Positions 12,163 through 28,210 of a stretch of DNA of 64,000 bases are shown here, one piece after another. Each line of letters begins with the position of its first letter. Positions within the stretch are counted from its first letter, which is position 1. Origin of the DNA: Eledone cirrhosa. Taxonomy: Eukaryota. The notes under the pieces were generated by a model. The model saw only the letters and a list, made by a program, of their open reading frames with translations, was not told where the DNA came from and did not search any database. The stretch spans positions 13,020,001-13,084,000 of the forward strand of contig OZ024743.1 in NCBI GenBank assembly GCA_964016885.1, in the 5' to 3' direction. The translations under genes and the position numbers were made by a program.

Positions 12163-12667
12163 TTGTATGTGTGTGCGTGTGTGTGTCTACATTTTTATTA
12201 TGAACCATATTTCAACGCTTATGCTGCACTCCTCCTATTCAAACCTGGATATCTACCCGGAAGCTGGAGACTCTACCCGTCTACCCTTCGGATCACCAAC
12301 AGATTACCTATACACTTTGAATTACTGGATGTTTTGAACTAATCTTGCACTGCATTACATTATAATGAGAGTCCACATCGTCAATAGTGACTGGGACGAA
12401 AGAAAAAGTGCTTATCCAGTACATTCTTTGATGAAGCATCATTTAACTACGCTTGTCTTTATTACAACGACAGGTTACGAGACCGTGGATTCAAAGATAG
12501 GATTATTCCACACATTATATAGCCGTCATGATATTTTAAACCTGGTGTTGACCACCGTCATTGTAGCTGATTTATTGCTGAGAGAAAAAGCGAAATAGTG
12601 TGAGCACACATTTGTGTGTGTGTGTGTGTGTGTGTGAGAAAGAGGGGCTTAGAGAAAGAGAGAGAGG

Positions 12668-12707
<40 letters not shown>

Positions 12708-14640
12708 GAGAGAGAGTGAAAGAATCTGGGAGCGAAATAATTGTGAAGTGAACTTTTTAAACATTCGTTCATTATTTATGGATAGATAGATAGGTGGGTA
12801 GATATATATATAGAGAGAGATATATAGATAGATAGATAAATATGTGTATTTGTATAGATAGAGAAAAGGAAACACCGATTACAATAATAATAACAACAAA
12901 AACCTATTAGAGAGAGTTCACTGCATAAAATAAATCGATATCTTCCGGTGTGGTTGCCGTACTAGGGATACTTGAGACTCAGATGATATCCAAGAAATAG
13001 AAATAAAAATTTGAAATAAAAATAAAAATCCGAATTTACTGAAGCAACATCAAGATATTGATGGAACCACAGAAATGCCCTGCGATATTTTGTACTCTTG
13101 CGCGTGAAACATAATTCAAACTTATTGGTGCAAACTTTCGGATGTCATAACCACACACCTCCATAGTTTATGTAATTTACAATTGCTAGTGAAAAGCCGT
13201 CTTGGTTATTACGTACATCTCCACCATATGCTATACACTACGATTGTCTCGATGCCTGCTTTCATCCTCTACGATTCTATTGAACTTGTGGACTTGGAGG
13301 AAAGATACAGTGTGTGGTTCTCCCACGTCCTACTTACAGCGCATCGCACCCGAGGGATAGAAGAAAGTGAGAAAGAATGAAAGAGAAAGGGGGAGGGAGA
13401 GAGAGATTTACGCTTGTATATGACTGATACTTTACTCTATCGAGTAGGAGAGGCAAATTTGACTTGAACACAAGAAGCTTTATACGGTCGTTTGACCTAA
13501 TAGAATTAGCAGCACAATATACCTCAAATTTATCTTATTCTCTTTAAAATGATGTGGTCCTAAAGACACAGCAGTTAATTTCTTATCGGGTATAACAATA
13601 TAAGAAAAATATTATTACATTGAATTAGCAGGAAAGCTAACCGAGGGGCGAAATATATACCTACAAACCAAAGAAAGGAATATTGCTGGAATATATCAAC
13701 CATAATATCAGTGAAATATAAAAGGAAGAGGCTATGTAGTCAGTCCCGGTAAAATAGACTTCCAGGCTATGTAGCAGGTAAGAGTGTCAGACACCATTTG
13801 TTGCGGCTTTTTACGGTCTGAGTTAAAACAATTTGAAATCTTTTCCACCGTGAATTGTTAAAAAACAAGTTAAAATCATTTAGTCGTCCATTCGTAACAC
13901 ACGTAACGCTTTAGTTACATACACACACATCTACATGTAAATACACAAACAGATACTGACAACAGAAGTGCACCCCCCACACATATTTACTCATACATAT
14001 TCATAAATCGACAAATACAAAATAATTATTACATACACACACATCAATGAATGATTGAGGAAGGAAGGGGCTGGTGAAACACTATAGCGATATGTGTGTT
14101 GCGTCCCTTTAGGATTTACCGACTACATAGCCTTTTCGAATATAGAACAGCAGGAAAATTCGTAACAAAGGGAGCACAAGAGCTGAAAAGAAAGAAAGTT
14201 TCAGCAGTGGGGAATTTGTTAAGGCTCTCACTAGACAAGTGTGATAATGATATAGTTTATGTCCAGATTAAACACTAGGTGGTTCACGCAGTCAATGACC
14301 TATTGTTAGTCCTCATAACCAAAGTTTGTGTGCAACTACTTGTATCCAACACCAAGAATACATCATCATTATCCTCAACCTCGAAGTTATTGCCACTCAC
14401 ACCAACCTCACCAACCTCACCAACACCATTACCACCACCGTTATAATTACATTCATCTTTCTTATAGAATTGTAATGAGAAAACTAGTGTGTTGAAAACT
14501 TCCTTGTTCCCACTGTATACTAACACTTAAAACGTTATAGTTTCTAATTGAATGAAATACTTCTACTTCAAATTTGTCTTCGCTTTAATGTTGCAATTAT
14601 ATTTTCAGACAGTTAAGTGCTTTCAAATCCGAAGGAGACA

Positions 14641-14687
<47 letters not shown>

Positions 14688-14814
14688 TATGTGTGTAGGT
14701 GTGTTTGTGATTGTATGTGTGTTCGTATGTATGTTAGACTTAACTGCCATTGTTTCCTTATTGTAATTAGGTAATTATACATGGATAGCCTTTGATTGCA
14801 TAGACACCCTACAG

Positions 14815-14853
14815 GCATGTACACACACAAACTCACACATGTGTGTATGTATG

Positions 14854-14893
<40 letters not shown>

Positions 14894-14899
14894 TGTGTG

Positions 14900-14986
<87 letters not shown>

Positions 14987-15068
14987 AAAATTAAATTAAT
15001 TTACAAATTATCCCCTACAATTGTTTCATGTGTACATTTTAGATATATATATGCCAATCAATTTCTAG

Positions 15069-15106
<38 letters not shown>

Positions 15107-15276
15107 CATACATATATTTATCCTTTTTGTTTTGCAAGAGTCCTGTGTGAAACCGTGTTTTGATGAATAAGATATATATATATATATATATCAACTAGAA
15201 ATTGATTGGCATATATATATCTAAAATAAACACATGAAACAATTGTAGGGGATAATTTGTAAATTAATTTAATTTT

Positions 15277-15355
<79 letters not shown>

Positions 15356-15358
15356 TAC

Positions 15359-15397
<39 letters not shown>

Positions 15398-15435
15398 AAT
15401 ACATACACACATGTGTGAGTTTGTGTGTGTACATG

Positions 15436-15436
<1 letters not shown>
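14815..15436. repeat. Inverted duplication (arms about 270 bp including their microsatellites, spacer about 70 bp)
   Basis: GCATGTACACACAC..ATCCAAAATTAAATT..CAATTTCTAG(C/T)TGAT is mirrored on the other strand. The ORF track shows the same peptide on both strands. Confidence 0.9.
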
Positions 15437-15493
<57 letters not shown>

Positions 15494-15529
15494 TTACAAT
15501 AATCAAAGTTCAGTTTAAATCATTTATTT

Positions 15530-15574
15530 GCTTACAATTGTTTCCTCCAAACCGAGGTTTGGATTCTTCGGAGC
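15530..15574 (-). ncRNA. Type I hammerhead motif with one core substitution (U4C)
   Basis: The minus strand reads GCT-CCGAAGA-A-TCCAAAC-CTCG-GTTTGGA-G-GAAAC-AATT-GTA^AGC followed by AAATAAA. Helix II is 7 bp and helix III is palindromic ACAATTGT. Confidence 0.7.
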
Positions 15575-15719
15575 GACTATTTAGTGATCTATAACGTACT
15601 TGACCTCCTTTTCAACACAAGAGACATATAAAACATATGCACATATTGATCCACAGTGGGATGACATCCATCAAAATGATATAGCATGGCAATTTACATA
15701 TAAAGGTTAAAGGATAAAA

Positions 15720-15842
15720 AAAAAAAATAAAAATAAAAATAAAAATAAAAATAAAAATAAAAATAAAAATAAAACTAAAAATAAAAATAAAAATAAAAAT
15801 AAAAATAAAAATAAAAATAAAAATAAAAATAAAAATAAAAAT
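15720..15842. repeat. (AAAAAT)n hexamer repeat
   Basis: Direct inspection. Confidence 0.95.
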
Positions 15843-16617
15843 GAAGCATTGGCTGTTTATGAAGATAAAGCAAGAGGAAAGTTTAGAGTAGTCAGTGTAT
15901 GAAACAATCTCACGTGTAGCATGCACGCGTGTCTTATTTATACAGATTAGAGTGCGTCAGAATGTTATTTGCAGGGTCAGGCAGTTGAAGCGGGCAATCG
16001 ATATTATTATGTGGGCTGAATTATTAAATCATTTTTTCGCATACACCTGTATGATATACAGTCCCGAATGTAGAGAAACACCAAAAATATCAAAAATTTC
16101 AAACATATTATAAACCATATTATATCGTAGGCAAAACAGTACCACTGTCTTTGCTCACACCACCACTCACATAATCCATGAGACGCAATATATAGACCAC
16201 GGGTCTATCATATAATTCACGATGGTTCAGCATATAACCAAGTTATAAACCGTATCTTGTCGATTCTTAATTAATAGGTCATGTTGTTTAGTTTTGTGTG
16301 ATGGTATTATATTCCGGAAGTGTCTGTATGACCAAGGGGAATTAATGCGTAAGGGGAGGTAACTAGCTGGTTTTCTTAGTTAAATTTATTATCCTAAATT
16401 ACATTAATGCAAATAAATGATTTCAACTGAACTTTGATTATAGTAATCTCTATATAACTGCTCTGTAAAACAACCGATGTTATTACATTGAGCTATTTAT
16501 CTTACTGGTAATAAGATAGCAATTAATGACTATCGTTCACTATTTAGGGTTTGTATAAAAAATATATAACTATAAAAGGTTTTATTACATACATAACCAT
16601 AAATAGTATCCTTAATA

Positions 16618-17027
<410 letters not shown>

Positions 17028-17029
<2 letters not shown>

Positions 17030-18274
17030 GTGTACGATAAACACGAAATGTGTTTACATTGCAACAGACAAAGTTAGCTATTAATGAAATAAACTAATAA
17101 AAGTGAATACAATTTGTCTGTCTCGATATAAGTCAATAAAGACAATATTATATTGGCAACTGCCATGATTCCTGGACATATTTAAATTTCAAAATTCAAA
17201 CCTGTTCTGTAGACGAATTTGAACCTCGAAACCCAAATAAGTTTCGCAACGGTGGAATGTGAATTGAAAAATAAAGAGAATCGAAATGGAATAGAAATAA
17301 AAGAGTGAGATACCCAAATCTTCTGTGCTTATCAACAGGAATCCAGTAAGATTAGTCTATATCACATCAAAAATTTTGCAGGACTGACTACACGTGGGTA
17401 GGCAGGCCAAAACTAGCTATCCCACATTCACGGTGCTAGAAATAACAGCCGCTTATGCAGGATTAAGGATCAGCTCATACAATAAAGGAGCAATACATTA
17501 TATTATATTTTGGCAGTTGCCAATATAATATTGTCTTTATTGACTTATATCGAGACAGACAAATTGTATTCACTTTTATTAGTTTATTTCATTAATAGCT
17601 AACTTTGTCTGTTGCAATGTAAACACATTTCGTGTTTATCGTACACTATTGACTGCTCGGAAGAGCCCCTTCCTGGAGCTTAATTATTGTAAACGACTGA
17701 GAGTTTATTCTCAAAATATAATATAATGTATTGCTCCTTTATTGTATGAGCTGATCCTTAATCCTGCATAAGCGGCTGTTATTTCTAGCACCGTGAATGT
17801 GGGATAGCTAGTTTTGGCCTGCCTACCCACGTGTAGTCAGTCCTGCAAAATTTTTGATGTGATATAGACTAATCTTACTGGATTCCTGTTGATAAGCACA
17901 GAAGATTTGGGTATCTCACTCTTTTATTTCTATTCCATTTCGATTCTCTTTATTTTTCAATTCACATTCCACCGTTGCGAAACTTATTTGGGTTTCGAGG
18001 TTCAAATTCGTCTACAGAACAGGTTTGAATTTTGAAATTTAAATATGTCCAGGAATCATGGCAGTTGCCAATATAATATTGTCTTTATTGACTTATATCG
18101 AGACAGACAAATTGTATTCACTTTTATTAGTTTATTTCATTAATAGCTAACTTTGTCTGTTGCAATGTAAACACATTTCGTGTTTATCGTACACTATTGA
18201 CTGCTCGGAAGAGCTCCTTCCTGGAGCTTAATTATTGTAAACGACTGAGAGTTTATTCTCAAAATATAATATAA

Positions 18275-18275
<1 letters not shown>
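17028..18275. repeat. Inverted plus tandem copies of a 548-bp unit between two long (TA)n tracts
   Basis: Unit 17511-18058 restarts at 18059 (TGGCAGTTGCCAATATAAT). Segment 17028-17510 is a near-identical reverse complement that crosses the unit junction. Confidence 0.9.
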
Positions 18276-19633
<1,358 letters not shown>

Positions 19634-20176
19634 TATTTACGTATCGAGAAAGAGAAAAAAAGGGGAAGATAGGTGATACAAATAGTTATTTGCCAAGTAG
19701 CGTATGCCAAAGGTGCTCGATACTAGTGCCGGCAGTATTAAATATTCGAAGTATTAATATTTAGTGGGCTAGAGAGTTAGCAGAGCGTAAGCACGTGGGA
19801 AAGTAAAAAATCGGAGTATAGACCGTTAAAACATGTTTATTTAAAACAGCACCTACGTACGTTTCGCTCAGTTGGGTTTCTCATGGGCATAAATAATCAA
19901 AAGTGTTACTTATATTGCTCGGAAAGAGTTTTTGGGGTTAAATCCACATCAAGGTTCATTGCTCGCAAGTATATATATACAAGTATATATATATATACAT
20001 ACAATATATCAATAAATGGAAACTATATTTATAAAACCATAATTATTTTATTATATATATTTCAAGGGCAACCAAGGCAAAATACGTTCGCGAACTTCAA
20101 CCGTTATGGTTGTTTTTTAATTGTGATTAATCTCATTTGTATATGAAGCTGCATAAGTTGGCTCAACTTATAATAA

Positions 20177-20348
20177 AAAAGAAATAGGATTTCGCTTCAA
20201 GCATAGCTTTATACAATATGTATAAATATTTCGTATCTCCAAAGAAATACAGTTTTAGGAAGCCGTCGAAAACTGTATTTCTTTGGAGATACGAAATATT
20301 TATACATATTGTATAAAGCTATGCTTGAAGCGAAATCCTATTTCTTTT
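20177..20348. repeat. Perfect 80-bp inverted repeat with 12-nt spacer
   Basis: 20177-20256 is the exact reverse complement of 20269-20348, and (TA)n follows directly. Confidence 0.93.
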
Positions 20349-20564
20349 ATATATATATATATCGAGAGTAATTAACTAAACTACCAGCTCTTCACAACGC
20401 CTGAATAACTCACCCCTGAAGCCACTACATTAGGTATAAACAGTTAACCTTACAATTTATGAAAAGTACTCATGGCAATCATATATCACAAAGTCAATAC
20501 TAGATCTATCCAAAAGATTAGACTTCATTTTCAATGCACAAAATACTTCAGTCTCGAAGTGTTT

Positions 20565-20800
20565 GTACGCCGTGACATAGTTGTTAGGGTGCTGGATTCA
20601 TAATCATAATATTGTGGGTTAGAATCCCAGATCGGGCGGCGCGTTTGTCCATCAGAACTACGTTAAGGGCGTAGTGTCTCTGGAATGATCAGCCACTTAA
20701 ATGTTAATTTCATGAGCAGCCAGTTTTGTTGATTATATCAGTTGGAGCAATCATCGTCGGAAACGATAGAGCTCTAATAACAACAACAATAACAACAACA
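20565..20800 (+). mobile_element. Degenerate, internally deleted family-B SINE with (AAC)n tail
   Basis: tRNA-like head, then AGAACTACGTTAAGGG..GGAATGATCAGCCACTT..GTTAATTTCA shared with 41910-41980. Confidence 0.65.
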
Positions 20801-21929
20801 AAACACATATATTCTTACGTGTGCATTCCGAAAGAAACTATTGCATTATATATTTGCAATGGTTCATGTACCTATACGCATACATACACACAAATATGAT
20901 ACAAACACGCATAATCTTGACTACATTCAAGAGGGGAAAACTTTCACTTGCTAGCAAAAGTAATTGATATAATCGACTTATGTTATCAATGGAGGGTGCA
21001 CAGAATCAAAATTGATATAGTTAAATACTGCAATTCAATGTGTCCAGCTCGCTACTGTTTGTGTAATCAAATAGGAGAGTCAAATAGATGTAAATTAAAT
21101 ATGATGGGTATTTGTGAATAGAAGACTTATAGAATTTATGTTGCTATATAACTCTAATCCTAATCGTAAATCTAACTCTACTAATAATCTACAACATCTA
21201 GCTTCTTCTTGCTTATGAATTATCTCAGGTTGTTGTAGTTTGCCTGATTGTAATAAAAGATTAGTGATCAGATTGCAAGACCCACCATGGGGTGGTCGAC
21301 AAACGTAGGTCCTCTAGCTGAGTGTCAACATTTGGCCTAATTCTGTTTCTCTACCTCAAATACAAAGTATACCGTTTTTCTATTTCAATCTGCAACTACA
21401 CCTACATGGTATACTTCACTATCTCGTTTTGTTCTTTTACTTTATCCCAGTCCTCGGCATTATGGTAGTTGTAATTCTTCAACATCTCTCCCATAATTGT
21501 CTTCAAACCACAAAACATTAAATCACTAAGAAATCTTCAACATTGAGCCTCCACTAAGGACATCTCTCTGTCAAGGGATCTTCATCAATGATATTGTTCG
21601 CGACCTCTATAGGCTTTAGCATTGCTCTCCAACTGATGTTGCTGGTGCAAGGTCGAACATTTAGCAATGCGTATCTCTACAACAATTAGAATCATACCTA
21701 CATACATCTCTTACCGATACACAGAGTCACTAAACACACCTAACCTCTTTCATATTTTTCGGACTCTTTTCCGCCACATAGCAGACCATTCGACCACCAA
21801 CTAAAAACTTAATAACACAGTTTGCTAGCTCTTTCGGACAAACTTTCTGGTATTATGTCCAAATGATCTTTACCAACTCTTTGTGCTCTCCAACTAAGAT
21901 TGGTCCGTAAGCATTAAACCCACGGAGTT

Positions 21930-22270
21930 ACGATGTTAGCTGCATGATTTTCACCCAGTAATGCTACTCGATATAATGCGTAGCTGAATGATCAGAGAGT
22001 CGCTCCAGGTAGAGCCGCTATTTCTCCAAATTGAAAGATCACAGCTCCGACAATACGGGCATGTGGTTAGAATGTCTCAGGAAATAATCGCTGGACAGAT
22101 TTCACTGGCGAAACCAGCCGGCAAGAGACCCAGGGGTAGACCCCGAGGAAGATGCTGGTCTCGTTTGCAGAAAGGGTTGCTTGTGACAAGACCTGTCGTC
22201 AGAGATGGTTGAGGATTGTGTCTCCACGAACCTCCAGGAATAATTATGCGAAGAAGAAGACGAAGAAGAA
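21930..22270 (+). mobile_element. RTE-clade LINE 3'-end remnant
   Basis: IRESLQVEPL..IERSQLRQYGHVVRM..GKRPRGRPR is the typical RTE ORF C-terminus. A (GAA)n tail follows. Confidence 0.75.
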
Positions 22271-22890
22271 CAACAAAAAGTAGGAAAAAAAGAAGAGGAA
22301 GGAAAAGAAGAATTTACAGGCTTATCATAAAAAAATTATGAAAATACATAAAAATTAAATATTAAAATGAAAATATAAAAAAAAAGCTAAAATAACGGGT
22401 TGCATATCATGTCTAGAAATCGATTTGTAATCAATAAGAATTACGCGCAAAAACATTTATTTCTTTTTCTTACATTGCTTACACAGGAAAGGCAAATACA
22501 AAATATATTTAATAAAATCTTTATAAAATTGAACGAGGCCTGAATTTGTCTTTCGCAATATAACTCAGAAAGTTTAATTTTTCATCTCAGTACAGAAAAC
22601 TTAGAAATGCTAAGCAACAAGGTTAGTACCGATCTATAAAATATAAATAACTTCATAAACATATCTGCCTATATTTTCAGAATGTATATTTTCTTTTCAA
22701 GCAACTCACGTTTTCTTTAACTATCAATTTTTCTCAATATTTGTTAATCTCATACATCATTGATTTTTGAGAAAAGCATATTCTATCAACACCTGATTGA
22801 CTCTGAATACAATTCGTCTTATGTGAGAAATTATAATTAAAACTGCAGAATGCGGCATTAGTTTATTTTTCATTATTTATATCTAGTTTT

Positions 22891-24090
22891 AGGGCGGTGG
22901 ATTGGCAGTATCGGTAGAGGGTCGGACGCCATGCTTTCCAGCATAGTTACGTCCCTTTACGATCTGAGTTCAAATCCCGCCGAGGTTGGCTTTGCCTTTC
23001 ATCCTTACGGGGTCGATAAAATAAAGTACCAGTAATGAACTGGGTAATTGCTGACCTTGTGCCTAAAGTAGAAACAATTATTTATATCTAGTTTTATATC
23101 AAGGGTGGTGGATTGGCAGTATTGGGAGAGGGTCGGACGCCATGCTTTGACGTATAGAGTTACAGCTCTTGCCATTCTGAGTTCAAATCCAGCCGAGGTT
23201 AACTTTGCCTTTCATCCTTACGGGGGTCGATAAAATAAAGTACCAGTAATGCACTGGGTAATTGCTGGCCTTGTGCCTAACGTAGAAACAATTATTTATA
23301 TCTAGTTTTGTTCTGATTTCAAATCCCATCGGTAACGACTTAATCATTCATCTTTTTGTAATTTGTATAGATAATTTCAATTGACTATATCAACCTCATA
23401 AAAATTTATGACAATGAGCCAGTGTAAGAAATCGTCATCTTCATCATAAACATCGTAGTTATTATTATTACCATTATCATTGAGAGTGGCGGATTGGCAG
23501 TATCGATAGAGCGTCGGACATCATACTTTGCAGTATAGAGGTATGGTCCTTTACGTTCCGAGTTCAAATCCCGCCGTGGTTAGCTTTGCCTTTTATCATT
23601 ATGAGGTCGATAAAATAAAGTACCAGTAACGCACTGGGGTCGATTTAATCGACTTTCCTCCCCCTTCAATTTGATGGCCTTGGGCTTAAAGTAGAAACAA
23701 TTATTATTATTATTATTATGACGGTAGTGGATGGGCAGACTTCAAATCACACCAAATTGAGTTTTGCCTTTCATTTTTACAAGGTCGATAATATAAAGTA
23801 CCAGAAACTCACGGAGATCGATTTAATCAACTTTTCCTCCCTCTAGAACTGTGGCCTTGTATCTAAATCCGAAAACATTATTATTATTGTTATTATAGGT
23901 GGTGGATTGGCAGTATCGGTAGAGGGTCGGACGCCATGCTTTCCAGCATAGTTACGTCCCTTTACGATCTGAGTTCAAATCCCGCCGAGGTTGACTTTGC
24001 GTTTCATCCTTACGGGGTCGATAAAATAAAGTACCAGTAATGAACTGAGTAATTGCTGGCCTTGTGCCTAAAGTAGAAACAATTATTATT
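22891..24090 (+). mobile_element. Array of five co-oriented family-A SINEs
   Basis: Copies lie at about 22891, 23102, 23485 (long variant), 23722 (degenerate) and 23897. The 19-bp target ATTATTTATATCTAGTTTT occurs three times, and the later copies are separated by (ATT)n. Confidence 0.92.
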
Positions 24091-24199
24091 ATTGTTATTA
24101 TTTGCTACGACATAATGTGTTAAATCGCTTCGTAAGTTTGTTCCTTTTTTACATTTATATACAACGTTTTATAATGGTAATGTGTTACTGCTTTGTAAT

Positions 24200-25050
24200 T
24201 AACTAAGCAGGATCTTCGCGAATTGGCTGGCTTTTCTCTAATTGTAACTCTTGCATAAATTCGAGCACTGAGAAGGATTGCTGATGAGATCAGAAAATTA
24301 AATAGAGAAATGGCTTTCATTTTTATCGATTTAAAAAAGGCTTTTGACAGCATAAACAGAGATATTTTCTTTCAAATTATTCCACTTTATGACAAACTAC
24401 CAGGATTATGGAAATGAACAAGGTTCTTTATGAGAACACTATTGTAACTATTATCACACATGACAGCCCATTCGACTTGTTTGAAATCTTTTCAGGTGTG
24501 TTGCAATGTGACACACTTGCCACATTCCTATTTGGTATTGCCTTAGACTACGCCCTAGGACACAATCAATGATAAAGGCATTACCATCAAACCACGAAGG
24601 AGGTCCAGGCTCTCCTCACATATCTCGATTTTCCTGATGATATTTCTCTTCTAGCAGACTGTATGGAGAATACCCAACATTTCCTTATTTCACTCCATGA
24701 AGCAGCTACTCTCATCGGCCCTCACTTTAATGAAGGCAAGCAGGAATACATCTCTAACTCTTCATCTGAATTCATCCTCAAAGTTCAAGATGGCAGTACT
24801 CTCAAAAAAGGTCGAAAACTTAAAGTACCTCGGGTTCTGGATCATAGATTCTGGGAAGGTCTTTACCACCAGAAAAGCCCAAACATGGTAAGCTTTCAGC
24901 AAGTAGATTGTATTTGGAGCTCCAGTCTTCTTAACTCCTCCAAAGTAAAGCTTTTCCAAGCCACAATCCAGCCAATACTATTCGATGGTAGTGAGATTTG
25001 GATACTCTCAGCCAAATAACACATACGTCTTGACGGAGCCTATACATCCC
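24200..25050 (+). mobile_element. Degenerate RTE-like LINE reverse-transcriptase fragment
   Basis: Broken frames give FIDLKKAFDSI, GVLQCDTLATFLF, DFPDDISLL, VENLKYLG and KLFQATIQPILFDGSEIW. Confidence 0.75.
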
Positions 25051-25068
25051 TTATCTGACCTCAGAAAC

Positions 25069-25476
25069 TTTGCTTGTGGATGTGGATGAAAGGATTGAAG
25101 ACAAACATTTTCCTCTTCAGTCAAACCCTCATCAATTTTTTCAAGTTCCACTTAGATAGGAAGGTGAGGTTGGGATGGAAGTACTCCCCCCCAGTACATT
25201 TATTTAAAGGTAGGTGAAAGTAGCGAGGATGGCCCAAGTATATGGGCCGATTCTGGCTATGCGCCTGTAGATTGAAGATTTTAGAGAGGGAAGGGGCGCT
25301 TTGGAGATTATGGTGGTTTATTATCTGCAGGCTTCCTAAGTAACCCCTAGGTAGTGCTCCCCTTATTGGGGAATTTTATTGATATGATTTTATTCTTATT
25401 TGTAATCTGTTATCTTTTTTTTACCCTGTCTTTTATATTGTCCTACATATTTCGGCCTTTGTGGCCAATAAAGAAA
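25069..25476 (+). mobile_element. L1/Tx1-group LINE 3' fragment
   Basis: Homologous to 38365-38822. It ends GGCCTTTGTGGCCAATAAAGAAA and runs straight into a SINE at AAATCCCGCC. Confidence 0.85.
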
Positions 25477-25790
25477 ATCCCGCCGAGGTTAGTTTTGCCT
25501 TTCACCTTTACAGGGTCGATAAAATAAAGTACCAGTAATGCACTGGGATCGATTTAATCGACTTTCCACTCTTCCAAAATTGTTGGCCTTGTACCTAAAG
25601 TAGAAAGAATTATTGTTAAATAGGGCATATATTTACGTCCTTTTACGTTCATATCCCACCGAGGTTAGCTTTGCTTTTCCTCCTTACGAGGTCGATAAAA
25701 TAAAGTACCAGTCACGCACAGGGGTTGATTTAATTGACTTTCCTCCCCCAAAAATTACTGGCTTTGAGCCTAATTCAGAAACCATTATTA
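25474..25790 (+). mobile_element. Two 5'-truncated family-A SINEs (long variant)
   Basis: CCGAGGTTAG.TTTGC.TTTC..GGTCGATAAAATAAAGTACCAGT..GATTTAAT.GACTTTCC occurs twice. Confidence 0.8.
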
Positions 25791-26199
25791 TGATTATTTT
25801 TGAAAATGCATCAGAAAAATTCTAGATTACAGCTAGTATCTTGAGAGACTTTTTCGTAATTCGTGTTGTAATAAAATCTTAGTAAATGATATTTTCTTTG
25901 AGTGGATTATGATACTGCTTCTTTTGTTTGTGAAAGGATAGTAATGGGGTGGAACTTCATATATTAGAATGTTTACAGGTATCTCTTATCAACTTTCAGG
26001 AAAGGAAAGACAAAAGTCTATTTCGAAATGAATACCTGACAGTAAGAAGATGCCACTTCAGAAAGGAAAATACCCGAGGTTTTAGTACATTCCTTCTTTA
26101 CTATCTGTATTTTTATACTACAATATAGGAAAAATTTCAAAGAGTGCATGTGAATATGAAAAAAAACATACACGGCACAAAAAGATACACAGAGACACA

Positions 26200-26321
26200 G
26201 CAACATACACACATACATACACAGACAGACACAGACACATGCACGCACACATACATAGACACAGACACATGGACGCACACATATATACACACATACAAAC
26301 ATATATGTGTGTGTGTGTAAA

Positions 26322-26362
<41 letters not shown>

Positions 26363-26367
26363 TGTAT

Positions 26368-26425
<58 letters not shown>

Positions 26426-26682
26426 ATACATATATATTATATATATATATACACACATTTACACACACACACGCACACATATATTTATATATATAAACAC
26501 ACATGAATATTTTATGTAAATATGTACATAAAATATTTATATATATATGTGTGTGTGTATGTGTGTGTGTGTGTGTGTGTGTATAGATAGATAGATATAC
26601 ACACATTCAGACACACACACGCACAAATATATTTATATATATCAACACGTAAGTATTATATGTAAATATGTACACACAGACG

Positions 26683-26715
<33 letters not shown>

Positions 26716-28210
26716 GTGTGCGTGTATATATATATATATATATGTGTGTGTGTATATATATATATATATATGTTATATGTGTGTATATATATATATATGT
26801 GTGTGTGTGTATATATATAAGCTATATGGATACGAGGAAATGGCGCATGTGTAAAGAGACAAAACATGAATAGAGTCAGTACATAATGATGTTCAAATAT
26901 TGCTATGCAAATATACCCAAGCATATGCAAATATTTATGAGCGTATGCTTTTATAAAGATATTCAATTGGGGTTCACATTGTTTTCTGTTGTTTTTTTCT
27001 TCTTAATTTATATTCATAAAAATACTAGGCAGTATACACTGTGTATACGTAGATATGTAGATATGTTAACACGTACATAGAAAATAACGCATACATGTAT
27101 GAAACAAACAAAACCTGGAATAATTACACAGTGATATTATTACCCTTCATGAAAGAGATCATACACACATGCATACGTAAAGCAAATAATACATACATAC
27201 AGACAGACAGACATGCATACAGACATGCATACATATATACAGACAGACATGCGTACATACATGCATACATATATATAAACATGCATACATGCATACATAC
27301 ACACAGGCATACATACATACATGCATACATACATTCATAATGCATACATGCATACATATATGCATACATACATTCATACATATATGCATACATACATACA
27401 TATATGCATACATACATGCATGCATGCATACATACATACATTCATACATTCATACATACATATATGCATACATACATACATGCATGCATACATACATACA
27501 TGCATGCATACATACATACATTCATACATACATATATGCATACATACATACATACATACATACATACATACATTCATACATACATATATGCATACATACC
27601 TTCATGCAAGTATGCGTGTATGCTTTCATACGTCGAAGATATAACAGCTACATATATAAAAATGTATATACATATATAGCAGATACATATTACAAATACG
27701 CCCCACACAACCACACACGCACACACACAAATACATACATATACATAGAATGCCTGCATGTGTGCGTTTCCATTTCGCTGTGTGTGTTAGATTGTGCATG
27801 TTTGTGTTTATGTGTGTGTGTGTGAGCGTGTGTATGTGTGAGCGTGAGTGTTTATGTTCGTGTGTGTGAGAGCGTGTGTCTGTGAGAGCGTGTGTATGTG
27901 TGTGTGTGTGAGCGTATGTGTGTGAGAGCGTGTGTGTGTAAGAGCGTGTGTGTGTAAGAGCGTGTGTGTTCATGTGTGTGTGTGAGCGTGTGTACGTGTG
28001 CGTTTATGTGTGAGCGTGTGTGTTTATGTTCGTGTGTGTGTGAGAGCGTGTGTCTGTGAGAGCGTGTATGTGTGTGTGTGTGTATATGTGAGCGTATGTG
28101 TGTGAGAGCGTGTGTGTGTAAGAGCGTGTGTGTTCATGTGTGTGTGTGTGAGCGTGTGTACGTATGCGTTTATGTGTGTGTGTGTGTGTGAGCGTGTGTA
28201 TGTGTGCGTG
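26200..28210. repeat. Compound microsatellite zone: (TA)/(CA), (CATA)/(CATG) at 27190-27600, (GT)/GAGCGT at 27800-28210
   Basis: Direct inspection. The GT block contains an internal duplication of about 170 bp. Confidence 0.9.

Noticed and set aside
17379-17425. GGA-CTGACTA..AAAACTAGCTA-TCC in the 548-bp unit
   Set aside because: It has two core substitutions, no helix II and wrong spacing.
22872-23309. CRISPR-like repeat-spacer pattern
   Set aside because: The repeats are target-site duplications around SINEs, in a eukaryotic context with no cas genes.
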